Origin: Squalus acanthias
Taxonomy: Eukaryota
Assembly (NCBI GenBank): GCA_030390025.1
Contig: CM059432.1
Span: 145,578,001 to 145,642,000, forward strand
Length of the DNA stretch: 64,000 bases
Direction: 5' to 3'
In this document: in pieces, positions 1 to 11,847 of the stretch
Layout: each line of letters begins with the position of its first letter
Numbering within the stretch: position 1 is the first letter of the stretch
Translations under genes and position numbers: made by a program
Notes under the pieces: model-generated
What the model was told of the DNA's origin: nothing
Databases searched by the model: none
What the model saw: the letters and a program-made list of their open reading frames with translations, nothing else

Positions 1-1247
1 AGAGATGTAACAGGTTTTAAGCAAGTACATAGACAGGGAAATGGGGGAGAGGAGGAAAAATTGGGAGCAGTGGTTATGATCTGAATTTGTTGAACACAAT
101 GTTGAGTCTGGAAGGCTGTAAAGTGCCTAATTGATAGATGAGGTGCTGTTCCTCAAACTTCCATTCAGCTTCATTAGAACAGTGTAGCAGGACGTGGGCA
201 GAAGTCAGAGAGGGAGTGGGGTGGAGAATTAAAATGACAAGCGACCGGAAGCTCAGGATCACGCTTGCGGACTGAACGGAGATGTTCCGCAAAGCGATCA
301 CCCAATCTGCATTTGGTCTCCACAATGTAGAGGAGACTGCATCGCGAGCAGCAAATACAGTATACTAAATTGAAAGAAGTACAAGTAAATCGCTGTTTCA
401 CCTGGAATGAGTGTTTGTGGCCCTGGACGGTGGGAAGGGAGGGGTAAAAGGGTAGATATTGGATCTCCTGCTTTTGCACGGGAAGGTGCCATGGACTGGG
501 AAGGGGGTGATTGAAGAGTGGACCAGGGAGGGAACGATCCCTTCAGAATGCTGAAAGGAGAGGGAGAGGAAGATGTGTTTGGTGGTGACATCAAGCCGGA
601 GGTGGCAGAAATGGTGGCTGATAATCCATTAAAATGTGAAAGCTTGCAGCTTGGAAGGGAAGGGGTGAGAGCAAAAATGCGGGGAATGGACACGGTCGAG
701 GACCCTGTCAACCACAGTGAAGGGGAATCCTGGGTTGAGGAAAAAGGGAGGCATATCAAAAGCACTGGTGTGAAAGATGGCATTGTTGGAACAGATGCGA
801 TGGAGAAACTGGGAGAATGGAATAGAGTCCTTGCAGGAAGTGGGGTGGGAGGAAGTGTAATCAAGATAGCAGTGGGAGTCAGTGGGGCTTATAGTAGATA
901 TGGGGTAGAGAAGTCGAAGAAGGGGAAGGGAAGAGTCGGAGATGGACCATGTGAAGGCAAGGGAGAGGTGGAAATTGGAAGGAAAGTTGATGAAATTTTC
1001 CAGTTCGGGGCGAGAGCAGGAAGTGGCACTGATACAGTCATCAATGTAACGGAAAAAGAGATGAGGGAGAGGACATGAGAAGGACTGGAACAAAGAATGC
1101 TCTACGTATTACACAAAAAGGCAGGCATAGCTAGGACCCATATGGGTTCCCATAGCAAGACCTTTTATTTGGAGGAAGTGAGTGGAGTCAAAGGAGAAGT
1201 TGTTCAGTGTAAGAACAAGTTCAGCCAGGTGGTGGATGGGGACTGGT
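1..1247 (-). mobile_element. Penelope-like retroelement relic (RT C-terminal part plus GIY-YIG endonuclease), frameshifted
   Basis: Minus-strand fragments FFRYIDDC (RT catalytic motif, ORF 629-1093), AMGTHMGPSYACLFV (about 1110-1160) and FTCTSFNLVYCICCSRCSLLYIVETKCRLGDRFAEH...VACHFN (GIY-YIG with CCHH, ORF 174-479). Confidence 0.85.
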
Positions 1248-2610
1248 CAACAACAACAATGTGTATTTATATAGCGCCCTTAGCATTGTAACACGTCCCA
1301 AGGTGCTTCACAGGAGTGTTATAAGACAAAAAATTTGACACCGAGCCACATAGGGAAAAATTAGGGAAGATGACCAAAAGCTCAGTCAAAGAGGTAGGTT
1401 TTAAGGAGCATCTTAAAGGAGGAAAGAGAGGTAAAGAGGCAGAGAGGTTAAGGAGAGAATTCCAAAGCTTAGGGCCTAGGCATTGAAGGCACGGCCACCA
1501 ATGGTTGAGCGATTTAAAATCAGGGATGCTCAAAAGGGCAGAATTAGAGAAGCGTAGATATCTTGGGGGGGCGGGGGTGGTGAGTGGTTGTGGGGCTGGA
1601 GGAGATTACAGAGATAGAGAGGGGCGAGGCCATGGAGGGATTTGAAAACAAGGATGAGAATTTTAAAATCAAGGTGTTGCTTAACAGAGAGCCAATGTAG
1701 GTCAGCGAGCACAGGGGTGATGAATGAAAGGGACTTGGTGGAAGTTAGGACACGGGCAGCCGAATTTTGGATGACCTCAAGTTTATGTAAGGTAGAACAT
1801 GGGAGGCCAGCCAGGAGTGCATTGGAATAGTCAAGTCTAGAGGTAACAAAGGTACGGATGAGGGTTTCAGCAACAGATGAGCTGAGGCGGGGCGGAGATG
1901 GTGATGTTACGGAGGTGGAAATAGGCAGACTTAGTTATGGCACGGATATGTGGTCGGAAGCTCATTTCAGGGTCAAATATGATACCAAGGTTGCGAACAG
2001 TCTGGTTCAGCCTCAGACAGATGCTAGGGAGTGGGATGGAGTCAGTGGCTAGGGAACGGAGTTTGTGGTGGGGACCAAAGACAATTGCTTCGGTCTTCCC
2101 AATATTTAATTGGAGAAAATTTCTGCTCATCCAGTACTGGATGTCAGACAAGCAGTCTGACAACTTAGAGACCGTGGAGGGGTCGAGAGAAGTGGTGGTG
2201 AGGTAGAGCTGGGTGTCGTCAGCATACATGTGGAAACTGATGCTGTGTTTTAGGATGATGTTGCTGAGGGGCAGCATGTAGATGAGAAATAGGAGGGGGC
2301 CAAGGATAGATCATTGGGGGACACCAGAGGTAACAAAGCGAGAGTGGGAAGAGAAGCCATTACAGGTAATTCTCTGGCTGCGATTAGATAGATAAAAATA
2401 GAACCAGGCAAGTGCAGTCCCACCCAACTTGGATGACGGTGGAGAGGCTTTGGAGGAGGATGAGGTCGAGAAGGACGAGGAGGGATAGTTTACCTTTGTC
2501 ACAGTCACAAAGCATGTCATTTGTGACTTTGAGAGCCATTTCGGTATTGTGGCAGGGACGGTAACCTGATTGGAGGGATTCAGACATGGAGTTCCAGTAA
2601 AGAAAGTTAA
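1248..2610 (-). mobile_element. L2-clade LINE 3' fragment nested in the Penelope-like element
   Basis: HMYADDTQLY...WMSRNFLQLNIGKTE (ORF 1867-2277), LHWLSVKQHLDFKILILVFKSLHGLAPLYL, and a (TTG)n tail at 1248-1259. Penelope sequence resumes at about 2611. Confidence 0.85.
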
Positions 2611-2700
2611 GCCTCTGTTCAAGGAAGAAGCAGAGGGCCCTTAGGCCGTCCTGGTGGGGGATGGAGGTATAGAGGGACTGGACGTCCATCAAGAGCAATA
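2611..2700 (-). mobile_element. Penelope-like RT fragment (continuation of the 1-1247 element)
   Basis: MDVQSLYTSIPHQDGLRALCFFLEQR matches the PLE RT motif DVxSLYTxIP. Confidence 0.75.
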
Positions 2701-3917
2701 TTATGTTGTGCAATGCAGAATGTAATGAATTTCCATGTTGGTCGTTGGGTTAGAAATGAATAACTGAGCCAACATGTCTACAGGAGCAGAGCGTAAATAA
2801 TGGAATGATAGCAGGAACAGCTCTGCTGGTGGATAAGCAACTGAGCTGGAACAGCTCTGATACAGGGTTAGGTCAGGCAGAGACAAATGTAAATAAATAA
2901 ATGGGAACAGCTGGGTTGGAAAGGATGAGGGACAGAAGAGAGGAATGGGTAGAGTAAATGGGAAAGCAGAATGGATTTGAATTATTTTTGGATTGGCTCA
3001 AATGGATTTGCTCTTTGGTACTATAAGAATTTCCCACATCCTGCAGCAGACGCACGATCGATAAGTATTTGGTGATCTATGATTACAGACTAGTCAAATC
3101 TCACTTAATCTGATTTATTTGGATGCTTACTCTGAAAATTTCACACAGCCCCATGTGTCTGAATGAGTTGATCACTTTCTTTAGAAATGTCACTATTTAC
3201 AATTACACCAAAGTTGGCAACTCAGGAACTTGGCCTTTAAAGCAACAAAATTGAAATGTTAAATTCCATGTGACCAAATCACAAACTTAATGATTTGTTT
3301 CTAAATCAACATCTTGAAATACATAGCTGTGATATAAATGTTATAAAATAATATGCTTCAGCATTTGTTAAAAATGTCACTTTCTGCAGTTGTAATGTTT
3401 ATAATGATGAATAAGAATTCAGCATCACAAGTAAAAACCTCTGCCTCCAAACCTGACCCAGCATGATTGCTGTCACTATCTTACTGCAAACAGTGAATAA
3501 GAAACTTTAGAAATAAAATCTGTGACCTCTTTACCCAACCTAGCCGTGCTGCCATTGACCTCTTAGTGTAGGCTGACTGCAAATTATTTAAAACATAAAC
3601 TATGGACAATAAAACAAATTAAGCTACATAAAATGAAAATTTTCAGATAAACAAGCTGGAATTCTGAGACTGAAAAGAGGTTGTGCTTTCATGAAGGATC
3701 AGCCAGATATAGCAACGAAGGACATGATGAGCAAAGCAGGTTTCAGGAAGTGAGCTATCTCAATCTCAACCTGATGAGAGTGAGGAAGCAAATTGTGTAA
3801 GAGATGTGGAAGAAAGAGAAGAAAAATAAATTTATATAGCGCCTTCACGACCACCGGACGCCCCAAAGAGCTTCACAGCCAATGAAGTACTTTTGAAGTG
3901 TAGGCACTGATGCAACG

Positions 3918-6465
3918 TAAGAACATAAGAATTAGGAGCAGGAGTAGGCCTTTCGAGCCTGCACCGTCGTTCAATAAGATTGTGGCTGATCTACCTCCAA
4001 TCCAATTCTCTGCCCTCTCCACATATCCCTTGATTACCTTAGTATCCAAAAATCTATCAATCTTTGTCTTGAATATACTGAACGACTGAGCATCCACAGC
4101 CCTTTGGGGTAGAGAATTCCAAAAATTCACAACCCTCTGAGTGAAGAAATTCCTCTTCATCTCAGTCCTAAATGGCCGACCCCTTAAAAGGTATGACGGT
4201 AGACAAGCAATGGCTAGATTTAAAGAATTAATACATACAACAAATATACATTCCTTTAAGGCACAAAAACCCCACAAGAAAAGTGGACCAACCGTGGCTA
4301 ACAAGAGAAGTTAAAGATAGCATTAGATCAAAGGAAGAGGCTTATAATGTTGCCAAAAAGAGTAGTAAGCCTGAGGATTTGGTGGATTTTAGAATTCAGC
4401 AAAAGAGGACTAAGAAATTGATAAGGAAAGAGAAAAAAGAATATGAGAGAAAGTTAACAAGAGACATAAAAACAGAATGTAAATATTTCTATAGGTATGT
4501 AAATAGGAAGACATTAGTGAAAGTAAACGTGGGCCCATTAGAGGCAGAGACAGGAGAAATTATAATGGGCAATAAGGAAATGGCAGAGACATTAAACAAA
4601 TACTTTGTATCTGTCTTCATGGTAGAAGACACAAAAAACATTCCAGAAATAATGGGGAACCAAGGGTCTAGAGAGAATGAGGAACTTAAACAAAACAGTA
4701 TAAGTAAAGAAATTAATGGGACTGAAAGCCGACAAATCCCCTGGACCTGACGACCTGCATCTTAGGGTTTTAAAAGAGGTAGCTGCAGAGATAGTGGTTG
4801 CACTGGTCTTCAAGAATTCCCTAGATTCTAGAACAATCCCCAAGGATTGGAAGGTAGCAAACATAACCCCACTATTTAAGAAAGGAGGAAGAGAAAAAAT
4901 GGGGAACTACAGACCAGTTAGCCTCACATCAGTAGTAGCAAAATGCTAGAATCTATTATTAGGGATGTGGTAACAGGACACTTAGAAAATCATAATATGA
5001 TTAGGCAGAGTCAGCATGGTTTTATGAAAGGGAAATCGTGTTGGACAAATCTGTGAAGATTTTTGAACTCTAACAGCGTGTAGGATGATTAAGGGGGAAC
5101 CAGTGGATGTAGTGTATTTGGATTTTCAAAAAGCATTCGATAAGGTGCCACACAAGAGGTTATTACACAAAATTAGGACTCATGGTATTGGGGGTAATAT
5201 ATTAGCATGGATTGAGGATTGGTTAATGGACAGAAAACAGAGAGTAAGAATAAACGGGTCATTTTCGGGTTGGCAGGCTGTAACTAGCGGGGTACTGCAA
5301 GGATCAGTGCTTGGGCCTCAGCTATTTACAATCTATATTAACGACTTAGATGAAGGGACTGAGTGTAACGTATCCAAGTTTGCTGACGATACAAAGTTAG
5401 GTGGGAAAGTAAGTTCTGAGGAGGACGCAAAGAGGCTACAGAGAGAAATAGACAGGTTGACTGGGTGGGCAAGAACAGGGCAAATGGAATAGAATGTGGG
5501 GAAGTGTGAAGTTATCCACTTTGGTAGGAAAAACAAAAACAGCAGAATATTTTTTGAATGGTGAGAGACTGAAAATGTTTGCACTTGGAGGGACCTGGGT
5601 GTCCTTGTACATGAATTACAGAAAGTTAACATGCAGGTACAGCAAGCAATTAGGAAAGCAAATGGTATGTTAGCTTTTGTTACAAAGGGATTAGAGTATA
5701 AGAGTAAAAAAGTCTTACTACAATTATACAAGGCATTGGTGAGGCCACACCTGGAGTACTGAGTACAGTTCTGGTCTCCTTACCTAAGGAAAGACATACT
5801 TGCCTTAGAGGGAGTGCAGCGAAGGTTCACTAGACTGGTTCCTGGGATGAGGGGATTGCCCTATGAGGAGAGATTGAGGAGACTAGGCCTATATTCCTTA
5901 GAGTTTAGAAGAATGAAAGGTGATCTAATTGAAACATATAAAATTCTTAAGGGGCTTGACATGGTTAATGCTGGGAAAATGTTTCCCCTGGCTGGGGAAT
6001 CTAGAACACGGGGTCACAGTCACAGAATAAGGGGTAGGCCATTTAGGACTGAGATGAGGAGAAATTTCTTCACTCAAAGTGTTGTGAATCTGGAATTCTC
6101 TACCCAGAGAGCTGTGGATGCTCAATTGTTGAGTATATTCAAGACAGAGGACGATACATTTTTGGGAACAAAGGGAATTAAGGGATAAGGGATATAGGGA
6201 TAGTGCGGGAAGGTGGAGTTGAGGTAGAAGATCAGCCATGATTTTATTGAATGACGGAGCAGGCTTGAAGGGCCAAATGGCCTACTCCAGCTCCTATTTC
6301 TTATGTTCTTAAGTTCTTATTCTGAGACTGTGACCCCGAGTTCTAGACTCCCCAGTCAGGGGAAACATCCTCCCAGCATCTACCCTGTCAAGCCCCTTAA
6401 GAATTTTATATGTTTCAATGAGGTCACCTCTCATTTTTCTAAAATCTAGGGAATATAGGCCTATG
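3918..6465. mobile_element. Nested CR1 (HER1-like) LINEs: a plus-strand copy (about 4186-6315) inserted in a minus-strand 3' fragment (3918-4185, resuming about 6316-6465)
   Basis: ORF2 pieces SPGPD, GNYRPVSLTSVV, YLDFQKAFDKVPH, KFADDTKL, and 3' tail (TTCTTATG)n. The minus fragment breaks at gacccctta and resumes at cttattctgagac. Confidence 0.9.
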
Positions 6466-7307
6466 TAGGAAACAAAGTTTTATACCAATGTATGGGTGAG
6501 TTTCTGCATAATTCTTCAGTTATATTTCACTAATTTGTTTAGTTGTTTGTTTTATTCTATTATTATTGTGTTCGTCTGTGTGCCATACCCACCCCCACCC
6601 CCCCACACCGCAAGCACCCCACCCCACGCACGCATCCCCCCTGCACGCATGCACGCACACCCCCCATACCCCATGCACACATGATTTAATAGCTTTTCCT
6701 ACTGGTCTAGTGAATGGGACTGAGTTTCAGTTTTTACAGACTTAGTCTATTTGAGCCACTCAAGTTTTTCTGCCCGAGGGGAGGTTTGACACTATGGGGT
6801 AAAAATTCAGTTGGTTGCGCCTCCCGTTAGCGCCTTAAATGGGCGCTAATGGGGCGTTAAGGCGCTAACGCCCGGGCGCAGCGCTGTTTGCGCCGCTCGA
6901 GAACTTAACTTGAGATTGTGCGGCGGCGCTAAAACTTACCGCTGCGACCACCTGCGCGCGCAGATTGTGACGTCAGTCCGTGGTGCAACGCCCTTGGGGC
7001 GCCCCGGAGCGGAAATTGAGTGGCGCCCCCTGCCTTACCGCCTGGCGCTTCCAACGACCGGAAGACTGGAACGTTATCAATCGGTCTGGGGCTGGGGGGG
7101 GCGCTATTTAAAGGGGGCCTCTTCCTGTCTTTTTCTGTGGTCGACATTTATGCACCACTCGTTCTGAGAGAGAGAGAGAGATTCGGAGAGAGAGAGAGAG
7201 AGACTTCTACATTGACTCAACGCTTTGTGAGGTAGTTTTGCCCAGTTCATCCTAACTTTGCTGCTACTTTCGTTGCTGTACCTCATTACTTTTCTGGCAA
7301 AGAGAAG

Positions 7308-8468
7308 ATGGGGGCTGCAATGATTGGGGGCGTCGTCCTGCTCCAGCTCAATCGGAGCAGAGTGAGACGCAGACAGAGAGTGGCAATGATGGCCAGACGG
7401 AGGAGGCCCATCAGGCGCATGTACAGGAGAGCTTACCCTCCCAGGGTATATCGTGAACAGCTCTCCTACATCCACATGTCCGAGGAGCTGTGTTTGCGAA
7501 GGCTGCGATTCAGCAAGGAGGTGGTCACTGAGCTCTGCCACCTGCTGCAGCCAGATCTGCAGCCTCAGCTGAGGTCCAGGACGTCTCTGTCGGTGGCAGT
7601 GAAGGTCACAGTGGCCTTGAACTTCTACGCCACTGGCTCATTCCAAGCTGCTGTTGGGGACCTCGCCAATATCTCCCAGTTTGCGGTGCATCGCTGCATC
7701 CGGCAGGTCACCAATGCCCTCTTCACAAGGAGACGAGACTTCATCTCCTTCCCTATGACCCCAGACAAGCAGCATGACCGTGCTATGGGCTTTGCGAGGG
7801 TAGCGGGCTTCCCCATGGTGCAGGGCGCCATTGACTGCACGCATGTGGCTTTGCGTGCTCCGCGAGAGAATGCAGAGGAGTTCCGGAACAGAAAGGGGTT
7901 CCATTCCTTGAATGTGCAGTTGGTCTGTGACCACAGACAGGTGATTCTCGCTGTCAATGCCCACTATCCGGGCAGCTGCCACGATGCTTTCATCCTGCGC
8001 CAGAGTACTGTGGCAGAAATTTTCGAGGCACCGCATCAGCCAGTTGGTTGGCTTCTGGGGGACAAGGGGTACGCATTGAGCACCTGGCTGATGACACCGC
8101 TCCGTGCGCCAAACACCCCTGCTGAGCTGCGGTACCAGGAAAGCCAACAAGCAACGAGGAACATTATTGAGCGCACAATCGGCGTGCTCAAACAACGATT
8201 CCGCTGTCTGGACCATTCCGGAGGAGCCCTGCAGTACTCGCCTGAGCAAGTTTCGAACTTCGTAGTCGTGTGCTGCATGTTGCACAACATGGCAATCCTC
8301 AGGACGCAGCCAATGCCACCAGGCCTTGCAGCACCACAAGAGGAGGAGGAGGAAGAGGAGGAACAGGCCGAGGACGATGATCAGCAGCAGCACCAAGGCA
8401 GGAGGGCGGCCCACAATGGTCAAACTGCAAGGGCCGTCCGTCAACGACTAATAGCAAGCCGCTTCTAG
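7308..8468 (+). CDS. Harbinger DDE transposase (HARBI1-like nuclease family), 386 aa, intact
   Basis: Motifs RFSKE, ATGSFQAAVGD, GAIDCTH, NRKGFHSLNVQLVCD, PGSCHDAFI, LLGDKGY, IERTIGVLKQRFRCL, CCMLHN, and an acidic tail. All three catalytic D/D/E residues are present. Confidence 0.95.
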   Translation: MGAAMIGGVVLLQLNRSRVRRRQRVAMMARRRRPIRRMYRRAYPPRVYREQLSYIHMSEELCLRRLRFSKEVVTELCHLLQPDLQPQLRSRTSLSVAVKVTVALNFYATGSFQAAVGDLANISQFAVHRCIRQVTNALFTRRRDFISFPMTPDKQHDRAMGFARVAGFPMVQGAIDCTHVALRAPRENAEEFRNRKGFHSLNVQLVCDHRQVILAVNAHYPGSCHDAFILRQSTVAEIFEAPHQPVGWLLGDKGYALSTWLMTPLRAPNTPAELRYQESQQATRNIIERTIGVLKQRFRCLDHSGGALQYSPEQVSNFVVVCCMLHNMAILRTQPMPPGLAAPQEEEEEEEEQAEDDDQQQHQGRRAAHNGQTARAVRQRLIASRF

Positions 8469-8762
8469 GGCCCCTGCCAGTGCTACAAACACGAATCAAC
8501 CCAGCACGCAACCCCTAAGCCGGCCAAGGCACCAATAATTCCAACCACCAGCCATGTATATTTTGAATACAGAAACTTATTTATTGTACAAACTCTGTGT
8601 GTGTCAATTCCTCATGACAAACTCATAGAAATAAACACAAAAAAACAGTCAATAACATAACTGGTTCTCACAACCTGGAGATAATGTCCAAAACACTAAA
8701 CAAAAGTTGGGCCATGAACCTCGGCCTTTAATAAAAAAATGACCAGCATTTTGGCACACCTC

Positions 8763-10888
8763 CTACTTTTTGCCCTTCGAGGGTGATCTCCTTCCCTTGC
8801 GCACTTCCCCCCTTCTAACCCTACTGCTCCTCCGTAATGGGACCTCAGTGGCTGCAGCAAGGCTGGTGGAAGGCTGCTGCTTGTCAGACCCTGACACTGC
8901 AGATGCCCCTGAAGGACGGCCTCGACCACTTCTGGGCCTGGAGGGCCCGGCTGCAGACTGCACCAACTCTGCATGGGCGGCAGCAGTCTGTCCTACAGGC
9001 GGTGGCAAGTGCAGTGGAGAAGTGACAGTGTTGGCAGCAGGAATGCTGTCATCGTGAGAGAGGACAGCAACTCCCTGCTCGCCCGACACACTGGCACTCC
9101 CACGGGGCAGCACTTCAGCATCCGGAGCAATTTGCCTGAGAACAGATTGCTGGCCTGCTGCGGCGCGGTGACAGCCCCGGGGACATGTGCACGAACCATC
9201 GAGGATGGCAGCAGTCAGTGCTCGCGTGGCCTCAATCTGAGTCTGCATGAGAGCAGGCTCAGATGGGTTCCTGGCAGCCAGTGACTGAATTGCAGCAGTA
9301 AGCTTTAGTGTGGCATCCGCCTGTGCTACAGCGAAGTGCTCCACACTCCTTGCCAGTGCCTCAATGCATTCGGGCACCCTTCCCACTGCACCCATGAGCT
9401 CAGTGTGCATGACCACCGCCTGGCTGTTCATTTCTGCAATCAGCCGCTCCTCCTCTGCGTCCATTGCATTAGGAGTGTCTGGCATACTCTCCCTCTGGGG
9501 AGAAGGCTCCCGTTCTTCCCTCCCCCCCCCATGGCGTTGCTGCAGCCCGCTGGGTCCTGGAACTTCACCATCATCAGCCCCTTCCCCCCTGCTCCCCCGT
9601 TCTTCCCTCCCCCCCCCATGGCGTTGCTGCAGCCCGCTGGGTCCTGGAACTTCACCATCATCAGCCCCTTCCCCCCTGCTCCCCTCCGGGGAAGGCGTGT
9701 TCCCAGTGTGGCCATGGGCTTCCTCGGGAGAGGGTGGCACTGATGCTCCGGCTTCCTCTTCCTCCTCAGCTGCAGCATCACTCCCAGTGGCAGCTTCAGG
9801 GACCATCTCCTCAGCTGGTGAATCACCATCTGAAAGCAGGGAGGTACAAGAGTGGCTTTAGCGTGAGGACAGGGTGGCAGTAAGGGAGGAATAAGTGCAG
9901 CGAGTTAGCAAGTTGGATTGAAAGTGTCAAAGGCTGGTATTGTGAGGGACAAGTGGAAGGACAGAGGACAAAAAGGTGATGACCTTACCATTGCTGTCCA
10001 CAACGGGGTCGGCGTCTCCAGTGGCGACGGGACCGATCACCCGGCTTGCCACAATCCTGTGGACGCGCTCCTCAAGATCGCTGAGGGGTTGCAGCTGAAG
10101 CCGCCCTCCACCCGTCCGTTGCTGCTGTCTCCGATTATGAGCCAGCTTAGCCTGCAAGAAAAAGGACAGCATCTGAGTCAATATACAGCCATGGTCTTGC
10201 CTGATGTGCCTCCCATAGGTGAATAGCCCTTACAATATGCAGCCATGGTCTTGCCTGATGTGCCTCCCATAGGTGAATAGCCCTTACAATATGCAGCCAT
10301 GGTCTTGCCTGATGTGCCTCCCATAGGTGAATAGCCCTTACAATATGCAGCCATGGTCTTGCCTGATGTGCCTCCCATAGGTGAATAGCCCTTACAATAT
10401 GCAGCCATGGTCTTGCCTGATGTGCCTCCCATAGGTGAATAGCCCTTACTGTATGCAGCCATGGTCTTGCCTGATGTGCCTCCCATAGGTGAATAGCCCT
10501 TACTGTATGCAAAGTGTGGAATGTGTGTGTGTGTTTGATGAAAGGGCCATAGGTGTTGGATGAGTGTTGTGCATTGGGGTTTTAAGACCCTCTGGCCATA
10601 GAGTGAGGTTGAGATGGAGGGATGGAGAGGTATTGAGAAAAAGCCACTCACCCTGACGACCCGAGTGAGGTCGTTGAACTTTTTGCGGCACTGGACATGG
10701 GTCCTGGGCACCATGCTCCTGGAGGAGACGCTCTGAGCCACCTCCCTCCACACTCTTCTGAACTCGCGTGGCAAAGGCCTCCTGCCACTCTCTGGGAACA
10801 GCATGCATCGTCTGCGCTCCACTGCGTCAACCAGAGCATCCAAGGCCCGCTCGGTGAAGCGATGAGCGCGTTCTCTCACCCTCTCCAT
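8763..10888 (-). CDS. Harbinger Myb/SANT-like DNA-binding protein, three exons (10888-10652, 10151-9989, 9829-8763), 488 aa, intact
   Basis: Exon 1 RFTERALDALV...WREVAQSVSS...RTHVQCRKKFNDL is a Myb/SANT-like trihelix. Exon 2 is AKLAHNRRQQQRTGGG. GT-AG introns (gtgagt/ttgcag, gtaagg/tttcag) have consistent phases (237+163+1067 = 1467 nt). Basic NLS-like C-terminus. Confidence 0.88.
9511..9684. repeat. 87-bp in-frame tandem duplication in Myb-gene exon 3 (29 aa x2)
   Basis: GSRGEGADDGEVPGPSGLQQRHGGGREER occurs twice here and once in the sister element. Confidence 0.9.
10182..10510. repeat. 54-bp minisatellite (6 units) in Myb-gene intron 1
   Basis: Unit starting agccatggtcttgcctgatgtgcctcccataggtgaatagcccttac recurs at 10187, 10241, 10295, 10349, 10403 and 10457. 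Confidence 0.95.
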
Positions 10889-11847
10889 GCTTGGCAGCAA
10901 AATGGATTACAGGTCTCTCCAGGCTGAGATTCAAGGCTGCAATGAGCAGGGTGTGGCTGGGGAGCAAGTGGCCCCCCCCGCTTTAAGAAGTGTCCGGCGC
11001 CAGTGTGTCTGTGTTCCCGCGCTAACTGGCAGCAGCTGCGCTGCGCTCGTGCGCTGAGTTAGCGCCTCACTCCTAGGCCTTTGCGCCTTAAGAGAGGTGT
11101 GCAGCGCCTAATTTAGCGCTCCACTCACCTCCCGGGGCGGTAAAAGTGAAGTTTCCTGTCAGTGCCGATAATTAGCGCCAGGCGCTAATATTTGCGCGCG
11201 GACGATATTTGCGCCCCAAATGGGGCGCGACCTAATTTCTACCCCCATATATTCTATTGCTATCACTTTTGCATTTCAATACAAAACTAAAATGTGCAGG
11301 CAGCAGGATTACTGAGAGGTGTAGCCAGTTGTGAGCCAGTGGAAAACATCTGCAATAGTGTGAGGTAATTAGCCTGTGGGATTGGTGGTGATGAGAGCAT
11401 ACTGCCTTTAGTGCTCACTTCTAGCTGGAGACTCCTAATTGGCACAGTGTGGGGAATTGCAGGTTAAACATTCCCATGGATTAGCATCAGTAGGCATGAA
11501 AACTTCTGTATGATTTATGCCTGCTGACACCTTCAACTAGGATTACAACTGCAACATTAAAATACTGGCATATTCCAGTCCTGTGGAAGATCTTTAACTT
11601 GCAGGTTTGTTATTAATGGTTTATGCAGTCTTCAATAAATTAGGAAATCTGTCCTTATTTTAATTTTAATATATTTTTTGCAGCCATTAGGGCCTTAACA
11701 AAGGAACTCTTAAAAAGTATGACAGCCCACATCCCCATAACAGCAGTACTGCAAAAGATTGTGCAGGTAAGTTTTCTTGGGTAACAAAGTTCATTTAGGG
11801 TAGAAATTTATGTGGCGGTCTGTTCTTCTTCACCCTCTCCCTAAAGT

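Larger units (their letters stand above)
6796..11245. mobile_element. Autonomous PIF/Harbinger DNA transposon, copy 1 (apparently intact)
   Basis: TIRs GGGGTAAAAATT / AATTTCTACCCC (one mismatch), flanks TAT/CAT (degenerate 3-bp TSD), GC-rich subterminal regions, and convergent transposase and Myb/SANT genes. Confidence 0.95.

Noticed and set aside
3647..3749. Open AG/GT-bounded segment DKQAGILRLKRG... as a VPS8 exon
   Set aside because: No convincing similarity to recalled VPS8 sequence and weak splice signals.
6587..6680. C-rich/CA-rich stretch with a Pro/His ORF
   Set aside because: Low-complexity simple repeat.
7638..8444. Long antisense ORFs over the transposase (also 57968-58861)
   Set aside because: They are shadow ORFs of GC-rich coding sequence with no recognisable domain.
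7308..8468. Domesticated HARBI1 host gene
   Set aside because: It lies between TIRs with a Myb partner gene and has a second copy in the window, so it is a transposon gene.
10182..10510. 54-bp repeats as a CRISPR-like array
   Set aside because: The units are contiguous with no unique spacers, there are no cas genes, and the context is a eukaryotic transposon intron.
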